Source: Candidatus Helarchaeota archaeon
Lineage (GTDB): Archaea; Asgardarchaeota; Lokiarchaeia; Helarchaeales; RDOG01
NCBI GenBank assembly: GCA_019058315.1
Contig: JAHPZH010000002.1
Coordinates: 128,001-192,000 of the forward strand
Length of the DNA: 64,000 bases
Reading direction: 5' to 3'
Position numbers and translations under genes: made by a program. Shown piece after piece: positions 56,889-64,000 of the stretch. The first letter of the stretch is position 1. Each line of letters begins with the position of its first letter. The notes under the pieces are model-generated. The model saw only the letters and a list, made by a program, of their open reading frames with translations, did no database searches and was not told the origin of the DNA.

Positions 56889-57797
56889 ATGATTTCAGAC
56901 TCTACACAAAAATTTAAAAAGGAAACGGCATATAAACTCTCAATTTCAGATATAGTTAGAGGCAAATTTATTAAAATCGATAATAGATCCTATGTAACTA
57001 CGCCATTTGGTCTTAATATAAATCGTGTCAGAATACTAGGAATTATAATGGATATAAAAATTTTCAAACAAGATCAAAATGAAGAAAACATCGATGTTAC
57101 AAAAAAAGATTATGCCTATCTAGTCATTGATGATGGTACTGAAACTATAAGAATAAAAGCTTGGGGAGTTGATATTAATCAACTCAAAATACCTGATTTG
57201 AATATAGGGGATAATATTGATGTTATTGGAAAGGTTCGTGAGTATAACGAAGAAATTTTTATTATGCCAGAAATTATTCATATGATTAAAGATCCTAACT
57301 GGGAACTTTTAAGAGAATTGGAGAAATTAAAGCTAATAAAATTATTTAAAAATAAAAAAATCGTCAATTTGATAGACCTTCCAAAAATTCAAGGGGAAAA
57401 TTCTGCTATTAGTTCATCAACTGATGAGAAAATATCTAAAAATGTTGATTTTGAAGGATTAGATAAAATTAAAATTAAGAATTTAACTCCAAATAGTAAA
57501 AAAATCAATTTAATTGGAAAAATTATTGAAATGGAGGATATCCGTCAAACTTCAAATAATAATAAAGTTATGGAAGCTCTAATAAGTGATGAAACTGGAT
57601 GTGTGTTCCTTACAGTTTGGAATGAGAATATCGAAAAAGTAAAGATAGGAGAAAGTTATTTAATCATCAATGGGTATGTATCTACATTTCAAAATAAATT
57701 ATACTTGAATATAGGAAAATTTGGAGAATTTAGGATTAGTAACAATAAATTGCAGGATATAAATGCTGATAATAATATATCTTTAAATTTATCTTAG
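56889..57797 (+). CDS. Two-OB-fold ssDNA-binding protein (RPA32-like OB + SSB-like OB)
   Basis: RVRILG...DDGTETI...VIGK..EY...DPNW, then KIKNL.P...DETG....TVW...L.IGKFG. Confidence 0.8.
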   Translation: MISDSTQKFKKETAYKLSISDIVRGKFIKIDNRSYVTTPFGLNINRVRILGIIMDIKIFKQDQNEENIDVTKKDYAYLVIDDGTETIRIKAWGVDINQLKIPDLNIGDNIDVIGKVREYNEEIFIMPEIIHMIKDPNWELLRELEKLKLIKLFKNKKIVNLIDLPKIQGENSAISSSTDEKISKNVDFEGLDKIKIKNLTPNSKKINLIGKIIEMEDIRQTSNNNKVMEALISDETGCVFLTVWNENIEKVKIGESYLIINGYVSTFQNKLYLNIGKFGEFRISNNKLQDINADNNISLNLS

Positions 57798-57931
57798 AAT
57801 TAATAAATAGAAAGTATCTTTGCGCATTTTAGATGTTTTTTACTTATAAAATACCAAAGAAACTTTTAAGAAAAATATATCAATGAACTATTAGTAAAAA
57901 ATAGTAAAAAAAAATTAAATTATATTAAACG

Positions 57932-58360
57932 GTGGTAATAACGGATTTAATGGACTATGAAAAGCTTTTGAAAAGAGCTGTGAAATCTATCCCAAAAAAT
58001 GTATTTGAACACTCTCGATTTACTATTCCCAGTGTAACTATATATCAAGAGGGGAAAAGTACAATAGTTACTAATTTTAAGGAAATCAGTGATAAATTAA
58101 GAAGAAAACCTCAATATATCATAAAATATCTACTAGGCGAATTGGCTACACGTGGTCATTTTAAAGTAAAACAAGGTTCTGCTGCATTTATTGGTAGGTT
58201 TCAAAAGGATACTTTAAATAATTTATTAATAAAATTTACAGAAAAATTTATTCGATGTGCGAATTGTAGACGTCCCGATACTCATATTTTAAAAGAGGGA
58301 CGGTTTACATATTTAATTTGTGAGGCTTGTGGATCTAAACGTTCTATACCTGCACCATAG
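57932..58360 (+). CDS. eif2b: Translation initiation factor aIF2 beta
   Basis: YEKLLKR, RFTIP, NF.EI...L.R, ELAT.G, CANCRRPDT, CEACG. Confidence 0.93.
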   Translation: MVITDLMDYEKLLKRAVKSIPKNVFEHSRFTIPSVTIYQEGKSTIVTNFKEISDKLRRKPQYIIKYLLGELATRGHFKVKQGSAAFIGRFQKDTLNNLLIKFTEKFIRCANCRRPDTHILKEGRFTYLICEACGSKRSIPAP

Positions 58361-58369
58361 GAGAGTCTA

Positions 58370-58666
58370 ATGCAAGTATATATGAAAATAAAAAAAATCC
58401 AGAACGATTTACTCGTTGCAATTAGCGATGCAAACCTATTAGGTAAATGTTTTAAGGATGGCAATCGAAAAATCGAAATAAAACCAAATTTTTATGGAAA
58501 TGAATTAGTAAGTATAGAAAAAGGTATAAAGGAGCTTGAAAGAGCTACAATTGGGAATTTGGTAGGAAAATATATAATAACACACGCTATAAAAGCTGGA
58601 TTCGTTCATAAAGATAGTGTTCTTTGGATTGCGGGTGTTCCCCATGCCCAGATTGTCTCATTTTAA
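58370..58666 (+). CDS. DUF424 family protein
   Basis: D..LLGK.F...FYG...NLVG...GVPHAQ; usual neighbour of aIF2-beta. Confidence 0.88.
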   Translation: MQVYMKIKKIQNDLLVAISDANLLGKCFKDGNRKIEIKPNFYGNELVSIEKGIKELERATIGNLVGKYIITHAIKAGFVHKDSVLWIAGVPHAQIVSF

Positions 58667-58782
58667 TAAATTAATTTAGGATGCATTTTTTACATTTCTA
58701 AAACATCTTAAACCCAAATAATTCTCAAGTACAGTGCAAAAGTGACTTTATTTTAGAAATATATAAATAAGGTTAGTTCTAC

Positions 58783-58827
58783 ATAGTACCATACCATATA
58801 GTACTATACTATATAATACTATACGAT
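58783..58827. repeat. Three imperfect 15-bp tandem repeats (ATARTACYATACNAT), putative operator
   Basis: 58783-58797, 58798-58812, 58813-58827; includes the palindrome TATAGTACTATA; upstream of the PNPOx-MarR pair. Confidence 0.5.
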
Positions 58828-58848
58828 ATAATATAAATTAGTTAAAAG

Positions 58849-59343
58849 GTGAGTATATTTACAATAGAAGATCATAAAGAAAAAAAAATTAAAAATACAT
58901 GCTTGAAAATAATGGAAAATGCAAATGCATGTTATCTCACAACAATAGATGAAGAAGGATTCCCAACAACTAGAGCAATGTTAAATTTAAGAAATAAAAA
59001 ACAATTCCCCAAGCTCATTAATTTATTTAATAACCATAAAGAAGATTTTTTGATCTATTTTTCAACTAATACATCTTCTAGAAAAGTAGCTCAGATCAAA
59101 GCTAATCCAAAAGCATGTGTTTATTTTTGTGATACTAAAGCTCATAAAGGGTTTAGATTGTTAGGAATAATGCAGATCGTGACTGATATGGAAGAGAAAA
59201 AAGCTCTATGGCATGATTGGTGGAAAATTTACCAATTTGATTATAATGATCCGGATTACTCAGTATTGCGGCTTTTTCCAGCATTCTTAGAATATTATTA
59301 TCAATTAGAAAATTATAGATTTGACTTAAAAGATAAAAAATAA
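58849..59343 (+). CDS. Pyridoxamine 5'-phosphate oxidase-like (general stress protein 26) FMN-binding protein
   Basis: LTTIDEEGFPTTR, FSTNTSSRKV.QI..NP, DPDY. Confidence 0.88.
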   Translation: MSIFTIEDHKEKKIKNTCLKIMENANACYLTTIDEEGFPTTRAMLNLRNKKQFPKLINLFNNHKEDFLIYFSTNTSSRKVAQIKANPKACVYFCDTKAHKGFRLLGIMQIVTDMEEKKALWHDWWKIYQFDYNDPDYSVLRLFPAFLEYYYQLENYRFDLKDKK

Positions 59344-59369
59344 TCTCAATTTCAACTTAGAAGAGAAAA

Positions 59370-59819
59370 ATGAAGGATTTACCAGCAGGTGGTTTCCTAA
59401 TTGGAATGATACACCGTTTAGGGGGTCGAATTTTCGCTAAAAAATTAAAAAAATTTAATATTGATATAAATCCCGCCCAAGGAAGAATTTTATTTGTTTT
59501 ATGGAGTAGAGATAAAATATCAATTAACGAATTAGCGAAAAAAACCTCAATGGGTAAATCTACTCTAACAAGCATGCTAGATCGGCTTGAAAAGGCTGGA
59601 CATTTGCTCCGTAGACCTACTGATAAAGATAGACGCAAATATTTGATAGAACTCACTGAAAAGCATAAAAATCTTCAAAATTTATACAAACAAGTCTCAG
59701 ATGAAATGACAGAAATATTCTATAAAGACTTTCAAAAAACTGAAATTAACGAGTTCGAAGATTATTTAAAGCGAATTCTGATCAATCTTAAAGATTATGA
59801 GGAAGCAGATAAAGAATAA
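59370..59819 (+). CDS. MarR family transcriptional regulator
   Basis: QGRIL..LW, KSTLTSMLDRLE..G, DRR....LT. Likely start ATG 59370. Confidence 0.92.
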   Translation: MKDLPAGGFLIGMIHRLGGRIFAKKLKKFNIDINPAQGRILFVLWSRDKISINELAKKTSMGKSTLTSMLDRLEKAGHLLRRPTDKDRRKYLIELTEKHKNLQNLYKQVSDEMTEIFYKDFQKTEINEFEDYLKRILINLKDYEEADKE

Positions 59820-59931
59820 TTCGTTGAAATAAATTTACTCATTTATAAAATCGATTTTAAAAATATTTCAGTTTAATTTAAATTACCTTATTTAAGGAAA
59901 TTCCATCAGAAATTCTTTTAATTTATAATCT

Positions 59932-60792
59932 TTAATTTTTTATTCCCAAGAGTTTAACAGAATTTTTACCTAAAATCTTCTTTTTGAAACTTTTAGAAAT
60001 AGGTAAAGATTCAATAGCAGGTAGAATTTTATTCCAATGGCAAATTGGATGATCAGATGCGAATAATACTTTTTCTTCAGCATCGTATTTTGAAAAAGCA
60101 TCCCAAGGGAACCAAGGATAAAGATCTGGATGTGCTGATATATCAATATAAACATTAGGATGTCTAACTGTCACAGACCAAGCATCCCAGAACCATGGAG
60201 TGCCCATATGTCCCATTATTATTGTCATATCCTCATGACGCAGAGCTAACTCATCGATGAGCATAGGATGCCCATATTTTGCTATGGAACCTCCAGTTGA
60301 AACTTGATGCCCCGTATGAATCCAAAGCGGGATATTAAAATCTTTAATTCGCCGCCATAGCGGATCATATTGCATATCTGATATATCAAACTTCTGAACT
60401 GGTGGCACAAGTTTTACACCTTTAAGTTCTAGAGATGATATTGCATATTCCAGTTGTTCATTTGCATCAGGTGCTGGAACATCGATACATGCAAACCCAA
60501 TTAATTTTTTCGGAAATCTGGCTACAAGATCAGCTACATCATCATTAGTTACTAAGCAAACCCCATAAGCTGTAGTTATATTGAATGAAACGATGACTGC
60601 TTTGTCAATTCCGAATTTCTCCATTAAAGATATATAATCATCGATCGAAGTATTATTTGCTATGGTTTTTAAAAGTGGACTCATTAATCGGTGTTTCTTG
60701 GGGTCACTTCCCCACATCACATCCGCAATTTTATTCAAATCGCTCCAACTTACTTCTTTACAAAAAGGATGCATATGCATATCTATTATCAA
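59932..60792 (-). CDS. Amidohydrolase family protein (Amidohydro_2)
   Basis: IDMHMH, GVKL, IHTG, GHMG, VYIDIS, LFASDHP. Confidence 0.88.
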   Translation of the reverse strand: MIIDMHMHPFCKEVSWSDLNKIADVMWGSDPKKHRLMSPLLKTIANNTSIDDYISLMEKFGIDKAVIVSFNITTAYGVCLVTNDDVADLVARFPKKLIGFACIDVPAPDANEQLEYAISSLELKGVKLVPPVQKFDISDMQYDPLWRRIKDFNIPLWIHTGHQVSTGGSIAKYGHPMLIDELALRHEDMTIIMGHMGTPWFWDAWSVTVRHPNVYIDISAHPDLYPWFPWDAFSKYDAEEKVLFASDHPICHWNKILPAIESLPISKSFKKKILGKNSVKLLGIKN

Positions 60793-60882
60793 TTTTTAAT
60801 CACTTTTTCATTTTTAGAAAACTATACAATAATCAATTGCTAAAAATTAATATAAAAAAATATGAAAAGATAAATCTAATAA

Positions 60883-62646
60883 ATGATTCATGAGTCGATT
60901 AGAATGGGAGAAAAAACTTTTTGTGATGATTGGAATTTTGACCCAAAGGAATTAGCTGATTACCAAAATTTAGGAGATTATAGACCTTATCGGGCATGGA
61001 TTGATAAAGTACCTGATGATATAGCAAAAACAGTTAATTATCCAAATTTAAAGGGTGCACATTGTATCTTAAAAAGAACTGCGAAAAAAAATCCTAATAA
61101 TTTAGCAATATATGATTATGATAATAAAGTAAAATATACATATCATGAATTAAATTACCATGTGGATCAAGTATCAACTGGTCTATTAGAGCTCGGGGTT
61201 CAAAAGCAGGATGGTATTGCATTTTATGGTTCAAATTGTCCTGAATACATGTTTTCACTGTTTGCTGCAAATCAAATTGGTGCTGTATGGGTACCCATTA
61301 ACCCTCTTTTAAAAAAGAAGGAAATATTACATATTTTGAATGATAGTGGAATTGTGAACACAATAATTACTCATGAAAATCAATATACAACTTTAAAACG
61401 TGCATTAAAAGAAAAATCTGTTAAAAATGTTATTGTTGTTCAAAAACAAAAAGAACAAAAGGGCGATTTTATCAATTTTGATGAATATTTTTTAAAATTT
61501 CCTTCAGAAAAACCAGAAATTACAATTAATACCAAAGAAGATTTGTTAGCTCTTATGTATACTGGTGGCACTACGGGACTACCCAAAGGTGTAATGCTAA
61601 CTCATTCAAATATTATAGCAAATACATTTCAAACCGCCTTTTACTTGGATCCAGCTGAAGGAATTATGGATAAATATGGACGATATGTAAACATGGCCGT
61701 TCTTCCTCTAGCTCACATCTTTGGTCTCTATCTAGTTTATGCAACAGTTAATCAAGCATATTCGAATATAATGCTCCAATATGATGCAAAAACAGTTTTG
61801 GAATTAATCCAGAAATATAAGGTCACGATGTTCTCTGGGGTCCCTACTCACTACCAGATTCTTGCAAATTATCCAGATTTTAATAAATATGATATTACAA
61901 GTCTAGAATTAATAACATCTGCAGGTGCAGCATTACCTCAAAAAGTTGCACAAATTTTCAAAGATGTGGGGAAAGTCATTGTTAAACAAGGCTATGGTTT
62001 AACTGAATGTAGCCCAGCAACTCATTTACAACCCGATTGGTTAGAATATAAACCAGATTCGATTGGAGTTCCTATTATCGATACTGATTGTCTGATTATT
62101 GATCCAGAGGACACAGAAAAGGAACAAGAATTTGGCCAAGCTGGAGAATTGATTATTCACGGACCTCAAGTCATGAAAGGGTATTGGAAAAAACCTAAGG
62201 CTACTGAAAAAGTGCTTATAAAACGAAATGATAATAAAACTTGGTTAAGAACGGGTGATATCGTTAAAATGGATGAAAGTGGATATTTCTATGTCGTTGG
62301 GCGAAGCAAGGAAATGATAAAGTATAAAGGCTATCGGATCTTGCCTTTTGAAATTGAAAATACCTTATATGAACACCCTGATATATTAGAGGCGGCAGTG
62401 ATTGGAATTCCTGATGATATTGTAGGAGAAAAAATTAAAGCTTTTGTTAAATTAAAACCAGAAAGTAAAGGAAAGGTGACAGAAGACCAAATTATCGAAT
62501 GGGCTAAAGAAAACATGGCAGGTTATAAATATCCAAGGGAAGTGGAATTTGTCGGTATTATTCCAAAATCACCCGTCGGAAAAGTATTAAGAAGGGCATT
62601 TCGAGAACAAGAGTTAAAAAAACGTGGTATAGATCGAGAGATATAA
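60883..62646 (+). CDS. Long-chain fatty acid--CoA ligase (ANL superfamily)
   Basis: YTGGTTGLPKG, QGYGLTE, RTGD, R.KEMIK..G, PKSPVGK. Confidence 0.93.
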   Translation: MIHESIRMGEKTFCDDWNFDPKELADYQNLGDYRPYRAWIDKVPDDIAKTVNYPNLKGAHCILKRTAKKNPNNLAIYDYDNKVKYTYHELNYHVDQVSTGLLELGVQKQDGIAFYGSNCPEYMFSLFAANQIGAVWVPINPLLKKKEILHILNDSGIVNTIITHENQYTTLKRALKEKSVKNVIVVQKQKEQKGDFINFDEYFLKFPSEKPEITINTKEDLLALMYTGGTTGLPKGVMLTHSNIIANTFQTAFYLDPAEGIMDKYGRYVNMAVLPLAHIFGLYLVYATVNQAYSNIMLQYDAKTVLELIQKYKVTMFSGVPTHYQILANYPDFNKYDITSLELITSAGAALPQKVAQIFKDVGKVIVKQGYGLTECSPATHLQPDWLEYKPDSIGVPIIDTDCLIIDPEDTEKEQEFGQAGELIIHGPQVMKGYWKKPKATEKVLIKRNDNKTWLRTGDIVKMDESGYFYVVGRSKEMIKYKGYRILPFEIENTLYEHPDILEAAVIGIPDDIVGEKIKAFVKLKPESKGKVTEDQIIEWAKENMAGYKYPREVEFVGIIPKSPVGKVLRRAFREQELKKRGIDREI

Positions 62647-62711
62647 AACAATTTTTTATTTTTTTATGTTTAATTAGTTAAATTTGAAATAAATTCTTTT
62701 TTGGTTACTCA

Positions 62712-63842
62712 ATGACAAAAAAATATAAACGATTTTGTATAAATTGTGGTAAAACGGGTTTTTCAAAGGAAGAATTGGTTGAAGGTCTTTGTTTCAATTG
62801 TTATCAAGAGAAAAATCCCTTGATTACTTTAAAAAAACAGCCTATTATTCATTTATGCAAAATTTGTTTAGCTATCAAAATAAAAAAAGATTGGGTAAAA
62901 ACGGATGAATTGAATTTTTATGATAAAGTCGATAAATTACTTAATGACGAGGCTCAAACATATTTTAAAATTGATCCTGATATTACCGTTAAAATAAAGC
63001 TTGATAAGTCTTCTGGAATTCAAGATTTATTACAATATAATATAATAAATTTTGATGTAAACTATAATGGCAAAGTTCGTAATCTCTTCGAGGTAAATGA
63101 GAGCCAAATTCATTCAGCTAAAATTAAACATGATATCTGTGAAAATTGTAAAGGTTATAAATCAAGGGTTTCCAAATCTAAAATTCGAATTATTGCAAAA
63201 AAGAGAAATATTAATGAAACCGAAATTGAAGAAATAATAAAATTATTTAAGGATAGCGCAAATATCTATAAAGATCCAAATCTATATATTTTGAGTCCTA
63301 TTTTATCTAAAACGGAATTAATTTTCAGAGTAAGCTCAATTGATTTTGCTAGAACTATTGCAAATCAATTGAAAAGTAGATTTGGCGCAGTAATAAGAGA
63401 ATCGGTTAAATTTGTAGATCGAGAAAAATCAAAAGCTAAAAAACAAGATTTAAATATTTTAGTTAGATTAATGCCATTTTTTCCGAATGATATTGTTAAA
63501 TATATGAATAATTTGTACTATGTAATCTCAATACATGGAGATAATGTTAATTGTTTTGATTTTAAAGCCAAAGAGATAAAAAAATTTAAATCGAAGCAAA
63601 TAATTAATGGTGAAAGATATTTACCTAGATCAAAATTAGAAAAATTTATTATCACCGCAATTTATAAAGATGTAATTCAAATTATGGATTTAAAAACCTT
63701 TCAAACCTTTGAAATCGAAATAAAAAACCAACCACATTTACATAAAATAAATGAAGGAACAGAAATTAATGGATTTAGAGAAGGTGAAAGCTTATACTTA
63801 ATTCCCTTTATTATTCAAGGATCGGATGTAAAAAATGAGTAA
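62712..63842 (+). CDS. nmd3: NMD3 family ribosome biogenesis protein
   Basis: Four CxxC pairs (CINC, CFNC, CKIC, CENC) and a C-terminal eIF5A-like region (IQIMD..TF). Confidence 0.82.
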   Translation: MTKKYKRFCINCGKTGFSKEELVEGLCFNCYQEKNPLITLKKQPIIHLCKICLAIKIKKDWVKTDELNFYDKVDKLLNDEAQTYFKIDPDITVKIKLDKSSGIQDLLQYNIINFDVNYNGKVRNLFEVNESQIHSAKIKHDICENCKGYKSRVSKSKIRIIAKKRNINETEIEEIIKLFKDSANIYKDPNLYILSPILSKTELIFRVSSIDFARTIANQLKSRFGAVIRESVKFVDREKSKAKKQDLNILVRLMPFFPNDIVKYMNNLYYVISIHGDNVNCFDFKAKEIKKFKSKQIINGERYLPRSKLEKFIITAIYKDVIQIMDLKTFQTFEIEIKNQPHLHKINEGTEINGFREGESLYLIPFIIQGSDVKNE

Positions 63843-64000
63843 AATTTGGGATGTAGCAATTGTTGGTAGTGGGCCTGCAGGATCTACTGCTGCGATGACA
63901 TTAGCTAAAGCCGGATTTAAAACTGTATTAATTGAAAAGGATAAATTACCTAGATATAAGGTCTGTGGAGGAGCTATCCCCCAAGAATTTGTAGAAAAAA
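63835..64000 (+). CDS. Partial geranylgeranyl reductase family FAD oxidoreductase
   Basis: ATG 63835: MSKIWDVAIVGSGPAGSTAA...IEK..LPRYKVCGG, running off the window end. Not in the ORF track. Confidence 0.85.
   Translation, partial: MSKIWDVAIVGSGPAGSTAAMTLAKAGFKTVLIEKDKLPRYKVCGGAIPQEFVEK

Noticed and set aside
3558-62516. Short antisense or overlapping ORFs in the track (e.g. 3558, 8823, 13146, 15211, 21489, 22301, 33535, 49008, 52204, 55692, 59357)
   Set aside because: They lie opposite or inside well-supported genes and have no recognisable motifs; they are shadow ORFs.

Overview
A gene-dense, strongly AT-rich window of an archaeal chromosome. It is almost certainly from an Asgard archaeon, probably Lokiarchaeia/Helarchaeales-like (inference). 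Support comes from a divergent actin, a gelsolin-X protein, longin, roadblock, Bet3/V4R-like proteins, Rab-like and MglA-like GTPases and a tailed histone, together with archaeal housekeeping genes (aIF2-beta, NMD3, RPA, AhcY, MfnB, GalT). The most unusual region is 2-13.5 kb. It holds six short coiled-coil proteins that form three paralog pairs (a duplicated three-gene module), flanked by a CdvA-like protein, a coiled-coil/PLD-fold protein, two large unknown proteins and an MglA-type GTPase. Apparent further family members lie at 26 kb and 49 kb (the latter next to a Rab-like GTPase), and a giant HTH-coiled-coil-PLD-fold protein paired with a STAND-like ATPase-TPR lies at 29-34 kb. Together these suggest an uncharacterised GTPase-linked membrane or cytoskeletal scaffold system. 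Features absent from or mis-called in the ORF track: a C/D-box guide sRNA (1439-1510), a second structured RNA candidate (25420-25516), a small membrane ORF (1214-1354), a radical SAM gene split by one missing A in an A9 run, an IS21-like end remnant (47699-47884), and partial genes at both edges. No rRNA, tRNA or CRISPR array was seen. All family assignments are by-eye motif recognition, not database searches.
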